Shown one piece after another: positions 53,173 through 64,000 of a stretch of DNA of 64,000 bases (positions within the stretch are counted from its first letter, which is position 1; each line of letters begins with the position of its first letter). Both the position numbers and the translations under genes were made by a program. This stretch comes from Eledone cirrhosa (Eukaryota). The stretch covers positions 27,838,001 through 27,902,000 of the forward strand of contig OZ024758.1 in assembly GCA_964016885.1 (NCBI GenBank), in the 5' to 3' direction. Under the pieces are notes generated by a model. It worked only from the letters and a program-made list of their open reading frames with translations, did not search any database and was not told where the DNA came from.

Positions 53173-55385
53173 ATTATATTTTCATGGTAAAAGCTTTACC
53201 TCACATAATATCGAATCTATGAGATTTTGAAAGTATTTATTTTGAGAATACCTTAACATCAGTTTGAGTGACCAGTTACAGCCATTTTCAACAGAAAGAG
53301 GTAGAGAATTCTGGCCGGTTTTGGCCGGTTTGACCACTAAAGGGTTAATACTAATGAAACCGAGGTAAATACTGGTTTGATGAGCCTCTGGGCTTTGGAC
53401 AGACCCTTTTTTTAGTGCCCACTAACTAGTGCAGCAGACACCCTTGGGTGTCTCCCGCCCAGTCACTCTTATATGTAATCAACTTAAGTGTTACACCTCT
53501 CATTATTGATTTCATTTAATGATTGTTTTAAAGGTGTTTCTAATAAGTCTAATATTACTTTGTATTTTCAATTTTAAAATTCTAGTAAAATTTGTTTTTC
53601 AATTATTTAAAATAAAATTTTAATATATCAGTCAAAATATTTTGTTTGCAAAAATAATATATTTTAAATTAGAATAAAATACAAAATTAACAGAAGCTTT
53701 GTTAAGTTATGCTCCAAACACCAACTTATTGAGAAAGTTAGTTATATTACTAAATCCCTCTAAGAAACTGTTTTTAACCCTTTTGGGATACCAAACTACC
53801 TGAAACTGCTTCTGGTTCTATGATACAAAACTTTGTTTTAAAGTGTTTATATATATCTAAAAATGTTTCATGATAATTTTATGAGAGAACCTTTGTTAAG
53901 TTATGCTCCAAACACGAACTTAATGAGAAAGTTAGTTATATTGCTAAATCCCTCTAAGTTTTTAATTATTTTAAAAATAATTAGAAACCCATTGGCTGTG
54001 TTTTTTTAAATAAGAAATAGGGTAACAAAGGGTTAAATATAAGGAGATAATCTAAGTAGATTTGTTGGAAATGAAAACCCAGACTAAGAAATGATACTAT
54101 GGAAAATATTTGAATAAATTTAATCTTTTACTGATTTACTTTAAAATATTTAAATATATCTAAAAATATTCCATCATAATTTTATGTGAGAACCTTTGTT
54201 AAGTTATGCTCCAAAAACCAACTTAATGATCTGAACTATTAACAATGAAAATTCTTCAAATATTTTTTTTTTTAAATTAAAATTAAACAAATAAAACACC
54301 AAGTTGTTGTTTAGCTAAAGGAAGAAAATAGCCCTGAATGAGCAGACGTTCCAATTGAGACCATCCTGTCCTTTTGTATACAGTGGACTACTCTTTTCAA
54401 CTGGAACTTCATTTTTTTTTTTTTTTTTAAAGATATTAGGATGTGATTTGAGGGAAATTTTACTGCTATTTCTAGCAAATCAAGTAAAAGAATTTATTAG
54501 TAGTAAAATTTATTATTAGTAGAATTTATTATCAAGTAAAAGAATTTATTATTTTGTTGTTGTTTTTTTTAAACATAACGTAGAATTACAAGTAGATTGT
54601 AAAACTATTATTTTCTGAAATAAAAAATAAAAAAACTGCTAAATAAACAACCACATCAGGGTTTAAGAAATGAAATATAAAAATAAGAAAAATATAATTA
54701 AATATAAAAATCCGAACACACGAGTACATCACATCAACTAGTTAGACGAGTTTGGCATCAAAATATTTAAGGAATGGTGTTTTCAAATACTTATTTACCT
54801 TTTTCTTCTTCTTATGTTCAGATATCTCAAACCCTAATACAAATTCAGCTGCATTAAGTATGAGAACAACTCCCCAAATAAAACCCGAAGTCTATCCTTA
54901 ATAACTCCTGGACATTCGTTCCCCTTATTTTTAATAATGTGTTTCAATAAATCATTAAATATTTCAAGTAAAAGAATTCCTGAGAAATGATCGCAATCCA
55001 GTGAATAGCAAGCAAGTTGATGCTATGAGTCATTCAACAATAACCATGATATGCAGCATACCAAAGTATTTAGATAAGGGACCCCTTTGAGTCAGAAATA
55101 TAAAGGAAAGGGGAAAACAAATAAATGAAGAAGAAGAATAGGAGAGAGAGAGGGGGGGGGGAGTAAGGGGGAAAGGAAGGCTATTGGAATTTGTGAATCA
55201 TTTCATCCCTTCTTCGATGTATCAACTCACAACACAACAACAACATATAAAAACAATTTCCAAGGGATCAAAAGTTACATTACAACATTACACAGCCCTT
55301 ACTTTCGCATTTTACATGTACACCCCTTTCTCTGTACAACCCATGCCAGCATGGAAAAGCGGCAGTAAAACGCGGTGATGATGAT

Positions 55386-55387
<2 letters not shown>

Positions 55388-55423
<36 letters not shown>

Positions 55424-55695
55424 TACATATAATTGTATATTCATATGCATATATATATATACACACACACACACCCACACATATATATATACACACACAT
55501 ATATATATATACACACACACATATATACACACACACACCCACACATATATATATACACACATATATATATACACACACATATATATATACACACATATAT
55601 ACACACACATATATACGCACACACACCCACACATATATATATACACACATATATATACACACACATATATATACACACATATATACACACACACG

Positions 55696-55727
<32 letters not shown>

Positions 55728-55792
55728 CACATACATATATACTGTATATATACATGTATATTATATATATATATATAATATATATATATATA
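55388..55792. repeat. Compound (CA)n/(TA)n microsatellite
   Basis: Directly visible. Confidence 0.95.
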
Positions 55793-56040
55793 ATAATTGT
55801 TTGTACATTTGGCACAAGGCCAGCAATTACCCAGTGCATTACTGGTACTTTATTTTATCGACCCCGTAAGGATGAAAGGCAAAGATATATAATGATAGGG
55901 GGAAATGGGTGAAAGGTCCAGTCTGGGGTGGTTGGGCAGTGTGGAGGGTAGGGGCTGGCATGGGTGTGGAAGGGAAGAAATTGGTAGATGTGTGTGGCTT
56001 CAGTTTGTGTCCCCATATCTTCCAGCATTAATTTTAAGTA

Positions 56041-56220
56041 GGTGGATTGGCAGTATCGGTAGAGGGTCGGACGCCATGCTTTCCAGCATAGTTACGTCCC
56101 TTTACCATCTGAGTTCAAATCCTGCCGAGGTTGACTTTGCCTTTCATCCTTACGGGGTCGATAAAATAAAGTACCAGTAATGCACTGGTAATTGCTGGCC
56201 TTGTGCCTAAAGTAGAAACA
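56041..56220 (+). mobile_element. SINE S2 with 14-bp TSD
   Basis: ATTAATTTTAAGTA on both flanks. Confidence 0.9.
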
Positions 56221-56489
56221 ATTAATTTTAAGTAAGAATTTTTTTTTATTAATGAAAAGGTTATATATGTTAACAAATTCCTGTAATTCTTTTGTTAATT
56301 TCCTAATTAATTGAAATACAATGGAAGTATATTTCATTAGAAATTTGGTAATGAAAGGGTTAAATCCTAAATTGAAATCAGAGACTAAAAGAAAACACCT
56401 AAAAAAACAAAATTAAAACCAACCCATTATCCAAGGATGAACTTTGTCAGGGAGTAACCTTCCTCAATATCTAGTTTCTGTATTACACA

Positions 56490-56523
56490 GATCAAATCAT
56501 TGGAATATTCCAATGATTTGATC
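56490..56523. repeat. Perfect 34-bp spacerless palindrome
   Basis: GATCAAATCATTGGAAT|ATTCCAATGATTTGATC. Confidence 0.95.
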
Positions 56524-56682
56524 AGAGACACACTAATTAAGGTCGAGCGATCAGCGGCCTTTAGACTCACCTGATTAATGAAACAATTGTTAATACTGGA
56601 AATAAACCTTTTTTGTACAGCTGACCATGTTGTTTACTCTTCCACTACTATTACTCCAAGAATCACCTGCATGGGAATTCTC

Positions 56683-58836
56683 TTAACCCTTTACCATTCA
56701 CATTACTCTATATATACTATTATATTTTCATGGTAAAGGCTTTATCTCACATAACATTCACATTACTCTATATATACTATTATATTTTCATGGTAAAGGC
56801 TTTACCTCACATAATTATCTCACATAACATTTACATTACTCTATATATACTATTATATTTTCACGGTAAAGGCTTTACCTCACATAATTATCTCACATAA
56901 CATTTACATTACTCTATATATACTATTATATTTTCATGGTAAAGGCTTTACTTCACATAATTATCTCACATAACATTCACATTACTCTATATATACTATT
57001 ATATTTTCATGGTAAAGGCTTTACTTCACATAATTATCTCACATAACATTCACATTACTCTATATATACTATTATATTTTCATGGTAAAGGCTTTACCTC
57101 ACATAATATCTCGCATAACATTTACATTACTCTATAAATACTATTATATTTTCATGGTAAAGGCTTTACCTCACATAATATCTCGCATAACATTTACATT
57201 ACTCTATATATACTATTATATTTTCATGGTAAAGGCTTTACCTCACATAATATCTCACATAACATTCACATTACTCTATATATACTATTGTATTTTCATG
57301 GTAAAGGCTTTACCTCACATAACATTCACATTACTCTATATATACTATTGTATTTTCATGGTAAAGGCTTTACCTCACATAATATCTCACATAACATTCA
57401 CATTACTCTATATATACTATTATATTTTCATGGTAAAGGCTTTACCTCACATAATATCTCACATAACATTCACATTACTCTATAAATACTATTATATTTT
57501 CATGGTAAAGGCTTTACCTCACATAATATCTCACATAACATTCACATTACTCTATATATACTATTGTATTTTCATGGTAAAGGCTTTACCTCACATAATT
57601 ATCTCACATAACATTCACATTACTCTATAAATACTTGTTTCTACTTTAGGCACAAGGCCAGCAATTAACCAGTGCATTACTGGTACTTTATTATATCGAC
57701 CCCGTAAGGATGAAAGGCAAAGTCAACCTCGGCGGGATTTGAACTCGGATCGTAAAGGGGCGTAACTATGCTTGAAAGCATGGCGTCCGACCCTCTACCG
57801 ATACTGCCAATCCACCGCCCTTATAAATACTATTATATTTTCATGGTAAAGGCTTTACCTCACATAATTATCTCACATAACATTCACATTACTCTATATA
57901 TATACTATTATATTTTCATGGTAAAGGCTTTACTTCACATAATTATCTCACATAACATTCACATTACTCTATATATACTATTATATTTTCATGGTAAAGG
58001 CTTTACTTCACATAATTATCTCACATAACATTCACATTAGTCTATAAATACTATTATATTTTCATGGTAAAGGCTTTACCTCACATAACATTCACATTAC
58101 TCTATATATACTATTATATTTTCATGGTAAAGGCTTTACTTCACATAATTATCTCACATAACATTCACATTACTCTATATATACTATTATATTTTCATGG
58201 TAAAGGCTTTACTTCACATAATTATCTCACATAACATTCACATTAGTCTATAAATACTATTATATTTTCATGGTAAAGGCTTTACCTCACATAACATTCA
58301 CATTACTCTATATATACTATTATATTTTCATGGTAAAGGCTTTACTTCACATAATTATCTCACATAACATTCACATTACTCTATATATACTATTATATTT
58401 TCATGGTAAAGGCTTTACTTCACATAATTATCTCACATAACATTCACATTACTCTATATATACTATTATATTTTCATGGTAAAGGCTTTATCTCACATAA
58501 TATTTACATTAGTCTATAAATACTATTATATTTTCATGGTAAAGGCTTTACCTCACATAACATTCACATTACTCTATATATACTATTATATTTTCATGGT
58601 AAAGGCTTTACCTCACATAACATTCATATTACTCTATATATACTATTATATTTTCATGGTAAAGGCTTTACTTCACATAATTATCTCACATAATATCGAA
58701 TCTATGAGATTTTGAAAGTATTTATTTTGAGAACAATACCATAACATCAGTTTGAGTGACCAGTTACAGCCAGTTTCAACAGCAAGAGGTAGAGAATTCT
58801 GGCCGGTTTTGGCCGGTTTGAACACTAAAGGGTTAA
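56683..58836 (-). mobile_element. MITE P1 inflated to about 2.15 kb by 60/72/73-bp tandem units (about 26)
   Basis: TTAA-CCCTTTACCATT ... CTAAAGGG-TTAA, with the array at 56696-58690. Confidence 0.9.
57635..57820 (-). mobile_element. SINE S2 inserted within the second P1 satellite
   Basis: Flanked by TATAAATACT. Confidence 0.9.
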
Positions 58837-59827
58837 ACTCACCACCTATATATATGTATATATATATATATAAGAGAGACGGTTTTATTCATACATTTTA
58901 TTACATACATTTATGTAATAAAATGATGATGAACGAATAAAACCGTCTCTCTTATTTATTATACTAAAACTCCACTTGACACCTTGCAGACAAAATCCTA
59001 AGGAATACAAACCGTTGAATCTTTATGTAAGTGTACAAAAACGTCGGCAGATCACAAATGAGTTATCAGTGACTTTAGGATAAAGGTTAAATAGACTGAG
59101 ATAACACAGGGAAGCTGAAAGAGCCTTTAGCTGGCAATAAATCCAGAGAAATCTTGTCACATACAACAGTAATGAAGAGGAGTTGGGGAACTATAGCACA
59201 GAGAAAAATGGGGAAATTCTTTGAGACAACATGCTGAAGAGCATGTATCTGGCAGTGGCTGAAATAAAGTCCAAGCAAGATGGAAGGTAACACAGTAGTG
59301 GAATGGTAGAGAAGATAAGAGCCATAAAAGTAAAGAGAAAGGCCAGGAAAGACCAGAAAATATGGGAGTAACAGCTGGATAGCCTTCTTAATGTTAACAA
59401 CTTTATAGATTGTAGTGGGTGCATTATATCATGGCACCAGCACTAGAGAGGTTATGTTCTTAGCAGAACTAAAGGGTTTTCTCGAAGCTATGTTGTTTTT
59501 TGTTGAATGCGCGCGCGCACACGCACACACACACACACACACAACCTACTGACTTTGTTCTGGGTGTAAGTGACTAAGCTATTAGTTGAAATGATATAAT
59601 TTCAACTAGATGAATTACCATATGAAAATATAATAGGTTAGACACAGTTAATTAATCTTTGTGCAGTTATATTTATATAAACTGTTTACTCTGTTGATAA
59701 TGAAGGTATGGATTTAACTTTGTAATCTGTTAAGGTAATTACAACAGCTTAATCTTCAGGATTTACACAAACAGGCACCCCTTAATCACTTTACCCCCCA
59801 CCTACCTGCTTCTGTCTATACCTCCCT

Positions 59828-61049
59828 TACACTGTAAAGTGGTTGTGTAGGTGTCACAACAAAAAGCACCCAGCGCACACTGTAAAGATGGTCATGTAGG
59901 TGTCACAACAAAAAGCACTCAGCCCACACTGTAAAGTGGTCATGGAGGTGTCACAACAAAAAGCACCCAGCATACACTGCAAAGTGGTCATGTAGGTGTC
60001 ACAACAAAAAGCACCCAGCACACACTGTAAAGTGGTCATGTAGGTGTCACAACAAAAAGCACCCAGCACACACTGTAAAGTGGTCATGTAGGTGTCACAA
60101 CAAAAAGCACCCAGCACACACTGTAAAGTGGTCATGTAGCTATCACAACAAAAAGCACCCAGCCCACACTGTAAAGGTGGTCATGTAGGTGTCACAACAA
60201 AAAGCACCCAGCCCACACTGTAAAGTGGTTGTGTAAGTGTCACAACAAAAAGCACCCAGCCCACACCGTAAAGTGGTCATGTAGGTGCCACAACAAAAAG
60301 CACCCAGCCCGCACTGTAAAGTGGTCATGTAGGTGTCGCGACAAAAAGCACCCAGCACACACTGTAAAGTGGTTGTGTAGGTGTCACAACAAAAAGCATC
60401 CAGCCCACTCTGTAAGGTGGTCATGTAGGTGTCGCGACAAAAAGCACCCAGCACACACTGTAAAGTGGTTGTGTCGGTTTCACAACAAAAAGCACCCAGC
60501 CCACTCTGTAAGGTGGTCATGTAGGTGTCGCGACAAAAAGCACCCAGCCCACTCTGTAAGGTGGTCATGTAGGTGTCACAACAAAAAGCACCCAGCACAC
60601 ACTGTAAAGTGGTTGTGTAGGTGTCACAACAAAAAGCATCCAGCACACACTGTAAAGTGGTCATGTAGGTGTCACAACAAAAAGCACCCAGTACACACTG
60701 TAAAGTGGTCATGTAGGTGTCACAACAAAAAGCACCCAGCCCACACCGTAAAGTGGTCATATAGGTGTCACAACAAAAAGCACCCAGCCCACACTGTAAA
60801 GTGGTTGTGTAGGTGTCGCGACAAAAAGCACCCAGCCCACTCTGTAAGGTGGTCATGTAGGTGCCACAACTAAAAGCTCCCAGCCCACAATGTAAATGTG
60901 GTTGGCATTAGGAAGGGTACCCAGCCTTAGAAACCTAGCCAGAAACAGTTCTTTATGAGCAAGACACGGTCACCTGACCCGACTTGCTTCTAATGGGACA
61001 ACCTGTTTAACCCATGCTAGCGTGGAAAATGGACATTAATGATGATGAT
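59828..61049 (+). repeat. 48-bp minisatellite (about 22 copies) within an RTE 3'-UTR fragment
   Basis: Unit ACACTGTAAAGTGGTCATGTAGGTGTCACAACAAAAAGCACCCAGCAC to about 60890, then AGGAAGGG..CCAGC and (GAT)n. Confidence 0.93.
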
Positions 61050-61804
61050 CTCACAAATATTGGGTTTCTTGAGGACCAGAAGAGGACCACAGTTAAATAA
61101 GGCATACAATACACATTTTATAATCATTTAAATTACAATAATTTTTCCCATATTTTCTTTAATCATTACCAAACACATATCCACTACATTATGATGACTT
61201 TGTTGCATGTGTGTGTGTGTGTGTTTATTTTTGGAGTACCATTGGGATTCCTGCTATGTTGTTCTTGTCTGAAGATAGATACATTGGTAAATATACATAG
61301 ATAGATAGACTGACAGAGAGAGAGAGAGAGAGAGAGAGCGATGATTTCATTGTTTGTAGAGAGGTAGATACATACTGTTGTTAAACTTCTATCTAAAAAG
61401 TGGATTTGTCTTGTCAATAGTGTGTGTGAGAGGGAGAGAGGAAGATATTAAAGCACATACATGCTCAAATTACTACTTCCCAAACAAAACTATCACAATC
61501 GCGCCTTACGGGGTCGATAAAATAAAGTACTAGTAATGCACTGGGGTAATTGCTGGCCTTGTGCCAAAAGTAAAAACAATTATTTATTCAAAGTAATCAA
61601 ACATTTTACAAACGGGATAAAAAAAAATTATATTCTAGATGCAGTTTCACACTCCTCTCTTTGCTTTTAAGAAACCACTGGTAAATGGAATAATTGCCTT
61701 ATGTTGTTTATTACATAACTATTAAGCTCTGTTACCTACATAGAGCACTCTTTTTTCCTGGACTTTTCCGACGGAATTACTTCATTTATATATATATATA
61801 TATA

Positions 61805-61943
61805 TATTAAAATAACAGATTAAAGTTTAAGCAAAGAATCGCTGCTTTCACCCTTAATGTGATCTTCTGAAACTAAAAAAAAAAAAAAAAAAAAAAATCA
61901 ATCTGTGAACGCAGAAGTAAATATTTCAAAAAACGTTACACAC

Positions 61944-61975
<32 letters not shown>

Positions 61976-61983
61976 ATATATAC

Positions 61984-62018
<35 letters not shown>

Positions 62019-62292
62019 GATAGCGACGTCATAATGTCGTAATGCAGACAGCCAGGTATAAGGGTGCAACGTTATATCTATGTATCTATCTAAAAAGAAA
62101 GACTAAGAATTATAGAGAGAGATCGCTAAATCACCTAATGCGGTCCCTAGGGCATTGAAAATTTGAAATATTTTTTGCTCAAAACACTCACAGGACCATA
62201 AGTATTACATGTGTAAAATTTGAAAACAATCAGTTGGGTGGTTCTCGAGTTTTAGGGAGACAGACAGACATTCTCTGTTTTAGATATATAGA
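61805..62292 (-). mobile_element. Helitron-like family HA, 5' part
   Basis: Reverse complement of 8736-9165; begins TCTATATATCTAAAACAGAG. Confidence 0.7.
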
Positions 62293-62805
62293 CTAGCAGA
62301 AAACCTCCCACCGAGGGGTTTTCTGCTAGTCTATATATATATTACACACACAGAAATGTATATATATTTCTGTGTGTATATATATATATATATTACACAC
62401 ACAGAAATGTATATATATTTCTGTGTGTATATATATATATATATATTACACACACAGAAATGTATATATATTTCTGTGTGTATATATATATATATATTAC
62501 ACACACAGAAATGTATATATATTTCTGTGCGTATATATATATATATATATATTACACACACAGAAATGTATATATATTTCTGTGTGTGTATATATATATA
62601 TATTACACACACACAGAAATGTATATGTTTCTGTAGCACTCCTCAATTCCCCCCCCCTCTCTCTCCCTCCCGCTATCCCCCTCTTGTAGTCTGTCTCTTT
62701 CTTTCACTCTCTCTACGCGTGCGCAAAAAACATTCGTACGCGCGCACGTGTTTCCACTGTCGGACAGACAGACAGAGAAATTGCTGGTTATATATTATAA
62801 GGAGA
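62293..62805 (-). mobile_element. Helitron-like element HC with internal palindromic minisatellite of about 50 bp
   Basis: The minus strand starts TCTCCTTATAATATAT..(TCTG)n and ends in a hairpin plus CTAG|T. About 6 units of ACACAGAAAT..ATTTCTGTGT lie at 62340-62630. Confidence 0.6.
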
Positions 62806-62808
62806 TTA

Positions 62809-63712
62809 CTAGCAATGGTACCCGACGTTGCACTGGATAAGGTATTTTGGAACGTGGGCCGCCAACAGACTTAATCGTGGAAAAACTGCATGCCTGGACA
62901 ATATGTAAAGAAAATAAACCGAATACTCTGATGCAATTAGTATTAGATATGCTTCTCCTTCCACGTGGAGAAAATCGGCTGTCCGACAGCACATCGTGCC
63001 TTGCTTAAGCTTTGCAGACTTCCCTGATGACATCTATCCCTGTCAGTCATGCCAGTTTATAAAAGTGCAAAAGCGCCTAGCCCATTTCTCCATGTGGAAC
63101 GAGAAGCACACCTACTACTTATTGCACCTAGAGTGCTTGGTATACCTTCTGATATTGTCTAGGCATGCAGTTGTTCCACTATTAGGGTCTGTTGGCAAAC
63201 CCCCCCGAACCAAAGTACCCCATCCCGTCCAATACCGGGTACATTGCTACAGGCCCGCATCAGGTGAACAACCCGAAAACGTTTGCGTTTATTCGGGGAA
63301 TGTTCGCGCGGCCGCGACATTGGCACCCTAAACTCGCGCTGCGCTAATCCCCCTTTTGCACCTAAAATTATCAATGGCAACACGTTGACGCTTTCGCACT
63401 ACTACCGTCTCCCTTTATGTGCATAATATGCCTTGAAATTTCGGAGAAATCGGCTAGACGTAACGCCTCAAAAACGCCCTAAAAAGCTGGAAAAAAAATG
63501 AAGTTTTTCACCTAATGTAGGCGCTAGGCCATAAAGAAGTTAGATTTTCTTTGCTCACAGTATGAAGAAGAGATTGACTAATGCATAGTTACAATTTCAA
63601 GGAAATCGATCTGACGTAACGCCTCAAAAAACCCCTAAAAAGCTGAATTATCGCAGTTTTTCACCTAATGCGGGCCCCACACAGACAGACATCCTCAGTT
63701 TATATATAGAGA
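62809..63712 (-). mobile_element. Helitron-like element HB with long internal fold-back
   Basis: The minus strand starts TCTCTATATATAAACTGAGGATGTCTGTCTG and ends CCAGTGCAACGTCGGGTACCATTGCTAG|T. Confidence 0.65.
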
Positions 63713-64000
63713 GATTTTCTACAATACTAAGCAGTAAAATAGTAACTTTTGTTCTCGTAAAGGCTGCCTTGTAGTATGTTGATAGAAAGTATTTACTCAG
63801 TTGTATAAATAACATTAAAAAACATTTATAATTCTTACAAAATATAAAATTTACACAAATAAAATATACAATACTTTATTTCTTAAGTAATTCGCATAAA
63901 AATATAACATCAAAACGAAAAAAATAATGATATAAAAGGTTGTTGAGGCTTACAGCGACGGTTTTCTTTACCGGTTTTCATTTTTAGTGTTGTGTGAAAT

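Larger units (their letters stand above)
46412..53348 (-). mobile_element. MITE P1 inflated to about 6.9 kb by an internal satellite
   Basis: TTAA-CCGTTTTAGCATT at the left end and CTAAAGGG-TTAA at the right; the normal MITE body resumes at about 53180. Confidence 0.88.

Noticed and set aside
55299-55912. His/Thr/Tyr- or Cys/Val-rich ORFs
   Set aside because: They are translations of a (CA)/(TA) microsatellite.
57082-58715. Hydrophobic repeat-protein ORFs (MVKALPHII...)
   Set aside because: They are translations of the MITE-derived satellite (60- and 72-bp units keep frame).
62795-63383. GC-rich ORFs as a captured gene
   Set aside because: No recognisable domain; the ORFs on opposite strands resemble each other only because of the inverted duplication.

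Overview
AT-rich, repeat-dense eukaryotic DNA. The SINE, RTE and CR1 content with (TA)n/(CA)n/(GAT)n tracts suggests an octopod cephalopod; this is inferred, not verified. One protein-coding gene can be rebuilt by hand on the minus strand: a UHMK1/KIS-like Ser/Thr kinase with a C-terminal UHM/RRM domain. It has 10 coding exons (44993 to 24980, 409 aa), all with GT-AG junctions and consistent phase, plus possible extra 5' and 3' exons. The rest is intron or intergenic DNA. It contains two tRNA-derived SINE families, RTE and CR1 LINE fragments, TTAA (piggyBac-type), hAT-type and mariner-type MITEs, Helitron-like elements, Penelope-like fold-backs with minimal hammerhead motifs, and six large tandem arrays. 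Five of those six arrays visibly grew inside a single transposon copy. Almost all ORFs in the supplied track are repeat artefacts. I found no convincing novel protein-coding system. The most notable signals are the transposon-to-satellite series, the stacked Helitrons with a long fold-back, the hammerhead motifs and the degenerate UHM motif.
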